Part shown: piece after piece, positions 45,730 to 55,325 of the stretch
Layout: each line of letters opens with the position of its first letter
Numbering within the stretch: position 1 is the stretch's first letter
Virus record (IMG/VR): IMGVR_UViG_3300017917_001112
Coordinates: 64,001 to 128,000 of that record
Strand: one strand, 5' to 3'
Source: a virus
DNA: 64,000 bases
Position numbers and translations under genes: made by a program
Notes under the pieces: generated by a model
What the model was told of the DNA's origin: nothing
Seen by the model: the letters and a program-made list of their open reading frames with translations, nothing else
The model's database searches: none

Positions 45730-46194
45730 ATGGGTTTGGATATGTATCTGTCAGCCAAGAAATACATGAGTAGGTATTTCGATCCTTCTGATTCTGGCAA
45801 AATCGCCAGCATTAATGAGTTGTTTGGCGTACAAGGTGATGAGGAAAACGATTATGGAGCACAGGAAGTTATCTTTCGTGTAGCTTACTGGCGCAAAGCA
45901 AATGCGATTCACCAGTGGTTTGTTGAGAACGTGCAGGATGGTGTTGATGAATGCCAAGAAGCATATGTCTCTCGCGAGAAACTTGAAGAGCTGATGCAAC
46001 TCTGCGAAAAGATTATCGCTGAGCCAAAACAAGCAATTGAGTTGTTGCCGACTCGCAGTGGTTTCTTTTTTGGTTCGACTGAATACGATGATTGGTATAT
46101 GGGCGATGTGCAGTTTACTGCCGATCGCATCAAGAAAATATTGTCAGACCCTGCTTTTCAAAAGGCAGATTTTTACTATCAATCGAGTTGGTAA
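45730..46194 (+). CDS. Hypothetical protein
   Basis: MGLDMYL, YWRKANAIHQWF, GFFFGSTEYD, YYQSSW. Confidence 0.7.
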   Translation: MGLDMYLSAKKYMSRYFDPSDSGKIASINELFGVQGDEENDYGAQEVIFRVAYWRKANAIHQWFVENVQDGVDECQEAYVSREKLEELMQLCEKIIAEPKQAIELLPTRSGFFFGSTEYDDWYMGDVQFTADRIKKILSDPAFQKADFYYQSSW

Positions 46195-46421
46195 TGGCAA
46201 ATAATCATTTCCTTCGTAAGATGGCATCTGATGAACTTCGTGACACATTATTCTTCGCATCAGGAGAACTCGTCGCGAAAGAAAAAGGTAAAGACACTGT
46301 TACATTAAGTGTTCCGAATGTGACAGTTGTCATAAGACACAACAGAAACATAAAGATTAATGGCGCAAGTCATAATTCTATTTCTGACGCAAAGAGAACA
46401 CTACAGAGGATACTATGTTAA
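46194..46421 (+). CDS. Hypothetical protein
   Basis: TAATG-coupled start. Confidence 0.55.
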   Translation: MANNHFLRKMASDELRDTLFFASGELVAKEKGKDTVTLSVPNVTVVIRHNRNIKINGASHNSISDAKRTLQRILC

Positions 46422-46543
46422 ATTTTATTTTCGGAATCTTTGTTGGTATTACTGTGTCAACAGTAGGATTTTCGGGTCTTGCGAACTATCTCGACAAAGC
46501 AGTTGATCAAACGAAAATAGTAATAAAAGAGAATGTAAAATAA
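46415..46543 (+). CDS. Small membrane protein (not in ORF track)
   Basis: MLNFIFGIFVGITVSTVGFSGLANYLDKAV...; SD GAGGA. Confidence 0.55.
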   Translation: MLNFIFGIFVGITVSTVGFSGLANYLDKAVDQTKIVIKENVK

Positions 46544-46544
46544 T

Positions 46545-46573
46545 TTGACAAAAATAAACCTACATAGTATAAT
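46545..46573 (+). promoter_or_regulatory. sigma70 promoter (dexA-like/gp43 operon)
   Basis: TTGACA-N17-TATAAT. Confidence 0.85.
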
Positions 46574-46596
46574 GATTGTATGTTTGTGGAGGATTT

Positions 46597-46773
46597 ATGT
46601 CAGGTGCTTATATTGTAACTGCTTATTATAAGGGTGTCCGAGTAAGAACAGAATACTGTGATAACTGGTTAAGAGCAGAAACTGTTGTTTCAGAATTGAA
46701 AAACATGAGTTTTCAAATTGATGAAGTTCGAATGAAAAAGGTGGAGGATGATGATGCCGAATTGGTGCGATAA
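46597..46773 (+). CDS. Small hypothetical protein
   Basis: SD GGAGGA. Confidence 0.55.
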   Translation: MSGAYIVTAYYKGVRVRTEYCDNWLRAETVVSELKNMSFQIDEVRMKKVEDDDAELVR

Positions 46774-47260
46774 CAGTGTGCGTCTTACGCATGAAGACAA
46801 AAGTAAAATAGATGCTCTTGAAATAGAACTTAAGAAATGGAATGACAACAACTTTCAAGATGGCGCACAAGTCTTTAACCATCTTCGTCCCCGTCCAGCA
46901 GATCAAGAAGAGAATTGGTATGACTGGAACATCAACAATTGGGGGTCTAAGTGGGACGCCAGTATAATTGATTGGGATCGCGAAGATGACAACAACATTC
47001 ATGTCTATTTTGATTCTGCTTGGTCACCACCTGTCACACTCTACGAATATCTAACAGAACAGGGTTGGCAAGTAAATGCAATTTATCATGAGGGTGGCAT
47101 GGCATATATCGGTCAATACACAAGTGTAGATGGTGACGATTATTATGAATATGACATTACTGATGAAGATTCTATTGAGAATTTACCAGAAGACCTGATC
47201 GAGTTTGCTGATTTGCGAACTGCTCATCAGGAGTGGAAAGAAAGCGAAGAACAAGAATGA
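46748..47260 (+). CDS. YubB/DUF1281-like ferredoxin-fold protein
   Basis: MPNWCDN, WYDWNINNWGSKWD, FDSAWSPP. Confidence 0.7.
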   Translation: MMMPNWCDNSVRLTHEDKSKIDALEIELKKWNDNNFQDGAQVFNHLRPRPADQEENWYDWNINNWGSKWDASIIDWDREDDNNIHVYFDSAWSPPVTLYEYLTEQGWQVNAIYHEGGMAYIGQYTSVDGDDYYEYDITDEDSIENLPEDLIEFADLRTAHQEWKESEEQE

Positions 47261-47829
47261 TGTATATGTTTGATGTGGAGACTCTTGGCGTAGAGTCTAC
47301 CACTGTCATTTTGTCAGCAGCAGCAATTAAGTTTGACCCAAATGATTTATCAAAAAAATATGATGATTATTTGGCGGAAGCATTTTTTGTGAAGTTTGAT
47401 GTTCAAGATCAAGTAAAAAATTACAAACGTACTATTGATAAGTCTACTATGGAATGGTGGGCGAATCAACATGATTACGTTCGGAAAATTAGTTTCATTC
47501 CAAGCAAAAATGATGATGTTTCTGCGATTGACGGACTAAATTTATTATATGAGTACCTTGGTCCTCAAGATGGTAGTAATACTTTTTGGGCACGTGGTTC
47601 TCTCGACCAGATGTCGATCGACAGTCTTTGCAAAGCAGTAGGAAAAGAATTAATCGCACCATACAACTGTTGGCGTGATGTTCGTACCGCATTAGATTGC
47701 CTTTGTGAGACAACTAAAAATGGATATTGTCAAATGAAGATTCCTTTTGACAAAAACTCAAATGTTATCAAGCATCACCCTGTTCATGACTGCGCTTACG
47801 ACATTATGATGCTACTTCACGGAAAATGA
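47257..47829 (+). CDS. dexA: 3'-5' exonuclease (DexA-like, DEDDh)
   Basis: FDVETLG, TMEWW, WARGSLD, RDVRT, HHPVHDC. Confidence 0.75.
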   Translation: MMYMFDVETLGVESTTVILSAAAIKFDPNDLSKKYDDYLAEAFFVKFDVQDQVKNYKRTIDKSTMEWWANQHDYVRKISFIPSKNDDVSAIDGLNLLYEYLGPQDGSNTFWARGSLDQMSIDSLCKAVGKELIAPYNCWRDVRTALDCLCETTKNGYCQMKIPFDKNSNVIKHHPVHDCAYDIMMLLHGK

Positions 47830-47832
47830 TGA

Positions 47833-50340
47833 ATGGAATTTTACACAAATGTTTTTCCCATGGGCAACAAGTTATGCGTCCGTGGGTACAGCAATGGTTT
47901 GCCGTACAAAGATAAGATAGATTTTCGCCCAACCCTTTACGTCTCGTCACCAAAGAAACATTATAGTGGCGAGATTTTTCGCACATTAGATGGTCAAGTT
48001 CTTTACGAAATCCAACCTGGATCTATCAAAGACACACGTGAATTTATTGATCGATATAAGGGTGTTGAAAGTTTCCCTGTTTATGGTAACACAAATTACG
48101 CATACCAATATATCTCGGACACATATCGCTCAGAAATTAAATTTGATAAAGATTTAATTAAGTGTTTCTCCATTGATATCGAAACAGCAACAGAAAGTGG
48201 TTTCCCTGATATTGAAACTGCTAATGAAGAGGTATTGTTAATTACATTAATGGACAATAAGACAAAAGAGATTCATACTTTTGGTCGTAGTCCTTACACA
48301 GGAAACAAGGAAGTTATTTTCCATCATGTTGAAAATGAAAAACAACTTCTCGTTGAGTTTCTAACATTCTGGAAAGATAATTGTCCAGACATCGTTACTG
48401 GTTGGAATATTGGTTTCTTTGATATTCCATATCTAGTTAGACGCATCATGGTTTTGCTTGGCGAGTCACATGCAAAACAACTATCACCATGGGGTATTAT
48501 CAACGAACGTCGTATTCATGTTAAAGGTAATGAAGAGATTACGTACGACATTGCTGGTGTTTCTGCACTTGATTATATTGATTTATACAAAAAGTTTACT
48601 TACTCAATGCAAGAATCTTATCGTCTTGATCACATTGCATTTGTTGAACTTGGCGAAAACAAACTAGACTATTCTGAGTATGATTCATTTAAAGATTTTT
48701 ATACTCATGGTTGGAAGAAGTTTGTTGATTACAACATTCACGATACTGTTCTTGTTGACAAACTTGAAGACAAGATGAAATTGATTGAGTTGGCTATCGT
48801 TATGGCATATAACGCAAAGGTAAATTTCGATGATGTGTTTTCACAGGTAAGAATGTGGGATACGATTATCTACAATCACTTGCGTTCCAAAAACATTGTT
48901 ATCCCAAACAAAACTAACAATGAGAAAGACAATGTTATTGAAGGTGCTTATGTTAAAGACCCACTTACTGGATTTCACAAGTGGGTTGTCTCATTTGACT
49001 TGAACAGTCTTTATCCGCATTTAATTATGCAGTATAACATTTCACCAGAGACTTTAATCCAAGATTACAAACATATTGGTGGTGTTGGGTATTTCTTAGA
49101 ACATGAGGAGCAAGGTGGATTTAAAGATCTAGATTATGCTTGTACAGCGAATGGTTATTGCTATCGCAAAGACATCAAAGGATTTCTGCCTGAACTGATG
49201 GAAAAAATGTATGCTGACCGAAGTAAAGCAAAGAAACAAATGCTTGCGATTCAACAGCAGTATGAGAACACCAAGGACGCATCGCTAAAGAATGAGATTT
49301 CAAGATTGAACAATTTGCAGATGGCTTTGAAGATTGCTTTGAACTCTGCTTATGGTGCGTTGGCTAATCAATATTTCCGTTATTATGATAAACGCATGTC
49401 TGAGGGAATTACGACTTCTGGTCAGTTGTCTATTCGTTGGATCGCAAATAAATTTAACGAATATTTTAACAAAGTAATGGGAACTGAGAAAGAAGATTAT
49501 GTGATTGCTGTTGACACAGATTCTGTCTATCTTAGATTTGGACCATTGGTTGATTCTTTGTTTAGTCAGGAAGAACAGAAAGACAAAGATAAGATTGTTA
49601 AGTTTATTGACAAAATCTGTGAGGATAAAATACAGAAGTACATTGATAAGTGTTATTCTGAATTGGCAAAGCGTCAAAATGCTTATGATCAGAAAATGAT
49701 TATGAAGCGTGAAGTTATCGCAGACATGGGAATTTGGACTGCTAAAAAACGCTATGTTCTCAATGTGCATAACTCTGAAGGTGTGCAATATGCGCAACCC
49801 AAGATGAAGATTATGGGTCTTGAGATGGTTAAGTCTTCAACACCAATTGTTGTTCGCGACAAGTTGAAGGAAGCATTGAAGATTGTGATTGCTGGCGATC
49901 AACTAGAACTGCGTAAGTTTATCACTGATTATCGTAAACATTTCTATTCGTTGCCTGTTGAAGAAGTTGCTTTCCCAAGAAGTGTGAACAATCTTAAGGA
50001 ATATTATGACTCTACTACCATTTATCGTAAATCGACACCGATTCATGTCCGTGGTGCTTTGATGTTTAATCATATTATCAAAGAAAGAAATCTTACGAAC
50101 AAATATCAGCCAATTAAAGAGGGTGACAGAATTAAATTTATCTATCTTCGTGAGCCGAACACTATTCGTGAAGATGTAATTACATTCGCAAATGAATTAC
50201 CAAAAGAGTTTGACCTACATAAATACATAGATTATGAGAAGCAGTTTGAGAAAGTTTTCCTTGACCCATTAACCGCAATTATGGATTCTATCGGATGGAC
50301 AGTTGAAGAAAAGAACACTCTTGAAGATTTCTTCGCATAA
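47833..50340 (+). CDS. gp43: Family B DNA polymerase gp43
   Basis: DIET exonuclease motif, SFDLNSLYP, KIALNSAYG, VDTDS; C-terminal TLEDFFA. Confidence 0.98.
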   Translation: MEFYTNVFPMGNKLCVRGYSNGLPYKDKIDFRPTLYVSSPKKHYSGEIFRTLDGQVLYEIQPGSIKDTREFIDRYKGVESFPVYGNTNYAYQYISDTYRSEIKFDKDLIKCFSIDIETATESGFPDIETANEEVLLITLMDNKTKEIHTFGRSPYTGNKEVIFHHVENEKQLLVEFLTFWKDNCPDIVTGWNIGFFDIPYLVRRIMVLLGESHAKQLSPWGIINERRIHVKGNEEITYDIAGVSALDYIDLYKKFTYSMQESYRLDHIAFVELGENKLDYSEYDSFKDFYTHGWKKFVDYNIHDTVLVDKLEDKMKLIELAIVMAYNAKVNFDDVFSQVRMWDTIIYNHLRSKNIVIPNKTNNEKDNVIEGAYVKDPLTGFHKWVVSFDLNSLYPHLIMQYNISPETLIQDYKHIGGVGYFLEHEEQGGFKDLDYACTANGYCYRKDIKGFLPELMEKMYADRSKAKKQMLAIQQQYENTKDASLKNEISRLNNLQMALKIALNSAYGALANQYFRYYDKRMSEGITTSGQLSIRWIANKFNEYFNKVMGTEKEDYVIAVDTDSVYLRFGPLVDSLFSQEEQKDKDKIVKFIDKICEDKIQKYIDKCYSELAKRQNAYDQKMIMKREVIADMGIWTAKKRYVLNVHNSEGVQYAQPKMKIMGLEMVKSSTPIVVRDKLKEALKIVIAGDQLELRKFITDYRKHFYSLPVEEVAFPRSVNNLKEYYDSTTIYRKSTPIHVRGALMFNHIIKERNLTNKYQPIKEGDRIKFIYLREPNTIREDVITFANELPKEFDLHKYIDYEKQFEKVFLDPLTAIMDSIGWTVEEKNTLEDFFA

Positions 50341-50398
50341 AAACTTGCCTTTAAATACGACATATACTAAAATTATATTAGAACACTAGGAGAAAGAC

Positions 50399-50644
50399 AT
50401 GACACAAGAAAATGAATTTCCGTCAATCGAAGACGTAGAAATTAAAACAACATCATTGAACAACTTGCCCCCAAAAGTAATTTGTGAAAAACATGGAGAA
50501 CTTAATGACGCATATGTGTTTAGAGTAAACATGCCAGAGTTTGGATATGAAAAAAAAACATATTGTTTAGTATGCGCAATCGAGTATCTTTCTATGATTG
50601 CTAATGAGGTTACATTCGAAGAACGTGAGGGAGAAACAAAATGA
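50399..50644 (+). CDS. Small Zn-binding hypothetical protein
   Basis: CEKHG...YCLVC. Confidence 0.55.
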   Translation: MTQENEFPSIEDVEIKTTSLNNLPPKVICEKHGELNDAYVFRVNMPEFGYEKKTYCLVCAIEYLSMIANEVTFEEREGETK

Positions 50645-51699
50645 GTTTTCTAAAAGATATTGTAAAGGAGCTTGATAATGAATATGCGGGACTGGCTGAT
50701 GATGGTGTTGTTGGTGATACATCTAATTTTATCGACACTGGTTCTTATACCCTTAATGCTTTGCTCTCTGGTAGCATCTTTGGTGGTCTACCTGGGAACA
50801 AAGTTACAGCTTTGGCTGGTGAGTCTTCCACAGGAAAGACATTCTATGCTCTTGGGATTGCGAACAATTTTCTTCGAACTGACGACAAGGCTGGAGTCAT
50901 TTACTTTGAAACAGAAGGAGCGTTGACTAAAGATATGCTCGCTGAGCGTGGCATTGATACTAAACGATTTATGATTGTTCCTGTGTCAACTGTTCAAGAA
51001 TTTAGAACTCAAGCATCTAAGATTCTAGATGCGTATGAAAAAACATCAAAGAAAGATCGCCCACCATTGATGTTGTTTTTAGATTCTCTTGGTATGCTCT
51101 CTACTTCTAAAGAAATGGAAGATACACTTGAGGGTAAAGATACTCGTGATATGACTCGTGCTCAATTGATTCGTGGCGCATTCCGTGTTCTTTCATTGCG
51201 TCTTGCTAAACTCGATGTCGCTATGGTTGTTACGAATCACACATATGCAGTTGTTGGTGCTTATATGCCAACCAAAACTATGGGTGGTGGTGACGGATTA
51301 AAGTATGCTGCTTCAACGATTGTTTTTCTTTCTAAGTCTCAGGACAAAGATGGAACTGAAGTTGTTGGTAATATCATTAAATGTAAACTTGAGAAATCTC
51401 GTTTTACACGTGAGAAGTCTATGGTTGAAACTAAACTTTCCTTTACTAAAGGATTAGATCGTTATCATGGTCTAGCAGATTTGGCTGTTGAAGCAGGAAT
51501 CTGGAAATCGCAAGGTGGACGAATTGAAGTACATGATGGTAGAAAAGTTTTCGGTAAAAACATTGCAAACAATCCTTCTGACTTCTTCACCGAAGACATC
51601 CTAAAGCAACTTGACATTTACTGTAAATCAAAGTATAATTATGGTTCAGATGATGTTGTTCAACAAGAAGAAGTAGAGGAAGAATTTAATGAGAATTGA
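50641..51699 (+). CDS. uvsX: RecA-like recombinase UvsX
   Basis: AGESSTGKT, DSLGMLST.KE, DMTRAQ, MGGG.GLKYAAS. Confidence 0.95.
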   Translation: MSFLKDIVKELDNEYAGLADDGVVGDTSNFIDTGSYTLNALLSGSIFGGLPGNKVTALAGESSTGKTFYALGIANNFLRTDDKAGVIYFETEGALTKDMLAERGIDTKRFMIVPVSTVQEFRTQASKILDAYEKTSKKDRPPLMLFLDSLGMLSTSKEMEDTLEGKDTRDMTRAQLIRGAFRVLSLRLAKLDVAMVVTNHTYAVVGAYMPTKTMGGGDGLKYAASTIVFLSKSQDKDGTEVVGNIIKCKLEKSRFTREKSMVETKLSFTKGLDRYHGLADLAVEAGIWKSQGGRIEVHDGRKVFGKNIANNPSDFFTEDILKQLDIYCKSKYNYGSDDVVQQEEVEEEFNEN

Positions 51700-53071
51700 A
51701 AATCAAATTTTTACTAATTTGATAACTCAGGAAGCGTATGCAAGAAAGGTTATTCCTTTTTTACTTCCTGAGTATTTCATGGATCGTAGCGATCGTGTGA
51801 TTTATGAGGAATATAACAAATTCTTTTCGCAGTACAACACAACTCCAACTGTTGATGTGCTGAAGATTGAGATTAGCAACAGAAAAGATATTTCTGAAGA
51901 AGAAGTAAAAAAAGTTAACGAAACACTTGATACTCTTAGCGATGAACAAACTAATATTGATTGGATAACAGACAGCACAGAGAAATTTTGTAAAGACAAG
52001 GCAGTTTACAATGCTATCATCAACTCTATCAAAATTATTGAGGGCAGGGATAAAAATCACAACCAAGATGCGATACCTTCTCTACTTTCTAAAGCATTGG
52101 CTGTTACTTTTGATTCTCACGTGGGTCATGACTATTTGGAAGACAGTGATGCTCGCTATGATTTTTATCATAGGGTTGAAGAGAAAATTCCTTTCGATAT
52201 TGACTTGCTCAACAAAATCACGAACGGAGGACTCTCAAAGAAAACTCTAAACATTATTCTTGCAGGAACAGGTGTTGGTAAATCTTTGGCTATGTGTCAT
52301 TTCGCAGCATCATCTTTGCTTCAGGGTAAAAATGTGTTATACATAACTATGGAGATGGCTGAGGAGAGAATCGCAGAGCGTATTGATGCCAATTTGCTAG
52401 AGTTGACTATGGATTCTTTAAAGATGGTTGAGAAACGTGTTTTCGATGCTAGACTTGAAAAGATTCGCAATAAAACACATGGTAAGTTGATTGTTAAAGA
52501 ATATCCTACTGCTTCTGCCCACGCAGGACACTTCCGTGCTTTAATTGAAGAACTGCGTATGAAGCGTGATTTTACACCTGATATTATTTTTATTGATTAT
52601 CTTAATATCTGTTCTTCTCAGCGTCTTCGTATGGGAGCAAATGTAAACTCTTATACATATATTAAAGCGATTGCTGAAGAGTTGAGAGGATTGGCAGGTG
52701 AATATAAAGTGCCTTTGGTGAGCGCAACGCAAACTACTCGTTCTGGTTATGCTAACACAGATCCAGGACTTGAAGATACTTCAGAGTCATTTGGTCTGCC
52801 AGCAACAGCAGATTTGATGATTGCGTTGATTGCCACTGAAGAACTTGATCAAATGAATCAGATTATGGTTAAACAATTGAAAAATCGTTATTCTGATCCA
52901 AACTTCTATAAGCGTTTTGTTGTTGGCGTTGATAGAAAACAAATGAGATTATACAATGTTGAAATGAGTGCTCAACTACATATAGAGGGACAGGGAACTG
53001 TTTCTGATGATACGCCACTATTTGACGCAACGAAATTTGGCAAACGCATTAAGAGTGAAGCATTCGAATAA
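51689..53071 (+). CDS. gp41: Replicative helicase gp41
   Basis: LAGTGVGKS, IDYLNIC, AIAEELRGLA, SESFGLPATAD, KQLKNRY. Confidence 0.96.
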   Translation: MRIENQIFTNLITQEAYARKVIPFLLPEYFMDRSDRVIYEEYNKFFSQYNTTPTVDVLKIEISNRKDISEEEVKKVNETLDTLSDEQTNIDWITDSTEKFCKDKAVYNAIINSIKIIEGRDKNHNQDAIPSLLSKALAVTFDSHVGHDYLEDSDARYDFYHRVEEKIPFDIDLLNKITNGGLSKKTLNIILAGTGVGKSLAMCHFAASSLLQGKNVLYITMEMAEERIAERIDANLLELTMDSLKMVEKRVFDARLEKIRNKTHGKLIVKEYPTASAHAGHFRALIEELRMKRDFTPDIIFIDYLNICSSQRLRMGANVNSYTYIKAIAEELRGLAGEYKVPLVSATQTTRSGYANTDPGLEDTSESFGLPATADLMIALIATEELDQMNQIMVKQLKNRYSDPNFYKRFVVGVDRKQMRLYNVEMSAQLHIEGQGTVSDDTPLFDATKFGKRIKSEAFE

Positions 53072-53081
53072 GGAGAAAAAA

Positions 53082-54443
53082 ATGGTTCAGGTTATTGTAG
53101 CAGACAAACTTTATGATTCAGAACATCTACTTGGTATGTTCGTTGACGAATCGCATTATGATATTCTTATTGAAGAAGATACGGATTGTTATCTCCCAGC
53201 TGATTGCGATATCGCAACACAAGCGAATTGTGATAAAGATTGTTCTGCTTGTGATATTGGAGCCGATGAGCGTAGAATAGCATTTAAGTTTAGAAAGAAC
53301 TTCTTCTCAAAAGAAGAACAAGAACAAGCATATGTTGGTTTGCGTGAAGCAGCAGTTCGTACAGAAAATCGTGGATTGGCTTCAGGAATTAAAGCAGGAA
53401 CATCAGTAACAGGCGAAGGACGTGAGTGGGTTACTAATTATCAAGAAGAAATGATTAATGGAATTCTATCCTCAAGAACTGCTCAGTTGGTTGATGGGGA
53501 TATTATTTTAGAAATTCGAGAAAAATATCCAACACCAGAATCACGTTTGAAAGCATTGGGTTCTGGTAAGAACAATGTTTGGGTTATCTCACGTTTCCGT
53601 GGTAAATTTAATTTTGATGAATGGGTTGATTCAATCATTCCTTTAGATCGCGAAGCAAGAGCAAAAGCAACTGAAGAAGTTATGACAATGATTAGCGAAA
53701 CTTCTTATGGCAATCCAGTTGACTCAGGTATCGCAGGTTGGTTTGACAGATATCCACGTATTCCTTATGGTAGAGCAACAACATATACAAGAGATAATCC
53801 AGAAAAATTTGCTATGGCGTACCCATTTCTACAACATTTGGCAAAAGGATTTAAGGAGTTACTACCACAAAGATATGCTGCGCAAAAAGCAGCAACAGAT
53901 AAAATTGATCCAAGATTCGTAATTCCTGAGACACCATTTACTACTGTAACTGTTAACAAAACATTTAGAACTGCAGCGCATCGCGATGCTGGTGACTTTT
54001 CTGATGGTCTATCTAATTTGCTTACACTTTCTAATGATGGTAGATATACTGGTGGTTATTTGATTTTTCCAGAGATTCGTATAGCAGTTAATGTACGACC
54101 AGGAGATTTGCTTCTTGTGAATAACCATGAGGTAATTCATGGAAACACACCGATTGTTTGTGAAGAAGGTTCTGAGCGTGTTTCGCTGGTTGTTTATCTT
54201 CGTGAAAACATGTTAGAACTTGGTTCTTATGAATATGAAAATTCAAGATTCGAATTTGTTGAGTCACGCAGATTGAACAAAGAACATCCACTTTGGAAAA
54301 AATTGTGGAATGGTGTTTCTCCAGGAATGTGGGAAGAACAAGAATGGTACGACTTTTTAAAATCACGTCCGAATGGCGAACAAATGCTTGCGAAGTATCA
54401 CCCGAAAGCACTTGAAGCATCTCTAGATGAATTCTTTGCTTGA
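53082..54443 (+). CDS. TET/JBP-family 2OG-Fe(II) nucleobase dioxygenase
   Basis: FTTVTVN..RTAAHRDAGD (HxD), IHGNTPI (H), RVSLVVY (Rx5-aromatic); SD-led start at 53082; tail SLDEFFA. Confidence 0.8.
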   Translation: MVQVIVADKLYDSEHLLGMFVDESHYDILIEEDTDCYLPADCDIATQANCDKDCSACDIGADERRIAFKFRKNFFSKEEQEQAYVGLREAAVRTENRGLASGIKAGTSVTGEGREWVTNYQEEMINGILSSRTAQLVDGDIILEIREKYPTPESRLKALGSGKNNVWVISRFRGKFNFDEWVDSIIPLDREARAKATEEVMTMISETSYGNPVDSGIAGWFDRYPRIPYGRATTYTRDNPEKFAMAYPFLQHLAKGFKELLPQRYAAQKAATDKIDPRFVIPETPFTTVTVNKTFRTAAHRDAGDFSDGLSNLLTLSNDGRYTGGYLIFPEIRIAVNVRPGDLLLVNNHEVIHGNTPIVCEEGSERVSLVVYLRENMLELGSYEYENSRFEFVESRRLNKEHPLWKKLWNGVSPGMWEEQEWYDFLKSRPNGEQMLAKYHPKALEASLDEFFA

Positions 54444-54468
54444 CATTAATCTATATACATAGTAAAAT
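54440..54468 (+). promoter_or_regulatory. sigma70 promoter
   Basis: TTGACA-N17-TAAAAT overlapping the upstream stop codon. Confidence 0.65.
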
Positions 54469-54487
54469 ATAGTTTTGGAGATTTAAT

Positions 54488-55321
54488 ATGGCATGGCAAT
54501 CAAGTTATTGGTCTTGTTCTAAATTTGCTGATTGGCTTCGTGGAACACCGAAGCCAGAAGCAGAAACAAGTAAAGGATGGCGTCTTTGGAGAGAAGCATC
54601 TGAGAAAGAACATCCATTTCGTTTTTGGTTGGCGGAAGAAGGACTTGATCACATTCAGGACTTCGTAACTTATCCAAGCAGAAAAGTAAACGATTTAATG
54701 TATTATTTGAATAATCGGTTTGTTACTAAAACGCATGCACTAACATCTCACCCTCGTGATATTCCTCGTGGCGAATGGCGAGATGTTGGTAATCGTTTTC
54801 TCCCCTGCCTGTTCAATGAACTTGTTGATTTTGTCGAGGTCGAACAAGCATGGCATCACTGTATGTGGGATGACAAAGCACGAAAAGAATTTAAAGTGCC
54901 TTGGACACGCAGGGGTTTTTTACGTCTTAGAACTTGGCGTTGTCCAGAAGCAGGGTTGTCTTATCTGAATTGGGCAAAGGATTTGACTAATGCTGAGTTT
55001 CTTGATGAAGATAAGAAACATGAAGCAGAGTTGACACATCAAGCACTTGCTGCTCGCGAGATTCTAGAACTCTATCACTGGTGGAAAGAAGTTTATTCAA
55101 AACGTCTAGATCCATACGATTCTAGTGGTTGGTCTGCTATTTGCGAGAGAGAACGCAAAGAAGGACGTGACTTACTTGACATGGAAGACAGAAACGAAAC
55201 AGAGCGTGAAGAGAGAAATAATTCTCTAGATCTTCTACGTAAAATAGAAGAAGAATACGAAAAGGAAGACGAAGAAATGATGATTCGTCTTATCAAAATC
55301 CGTCAATCACTGTGGACTTAA
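54488..55321 (+). CDS. Trp-rich hypothetical protein
   Basis: 277 aa; ELYHWW, IKIRQSLWT; no function recognised. Confidence 0.7.
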   Translation: MAWQSSYWSCSKFADWLRGTPKPEAETSKGWRLWREASEKEHPFRFWLAEEGLDHIQDFVTYPSRKVNDLMYYLNNRFVTKTHALTSHPRDIPRGEWRDVGNRFLPCLFNELVDFVEVEQAWHHCMWDDKARKEFKVPWTRRGFLRLRTWRCPEAGLSYLNWAKDLTNAEFLDEDKKHEAELTHQALAAREILELYHWWKEVYSKRLDPYDSSGWSAICERERKEGRDLLDMEDRNETEREERNNSLDLLRKIEEEYEKEDEEMMIRLIKIRQSLWT

Positions 55322-55325
55322 ACAT

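Noticed and set aside
47833-53071. Inteins or introns in gp43, uvsX, gp41 (also gp17 and uvsW)
   Set aside because: Lengths are normal, frames are uninterrupted and no splicing motifs are seen.
53007-53081. Upstream starts given by the ORF track (53007, 17779, 29620, 39280, 40571, 42199, 12057)
   Set aside because: They overlap upstream genes or promoters or lack an SD, so downstream SD-led or coupled ATGs were used instead.
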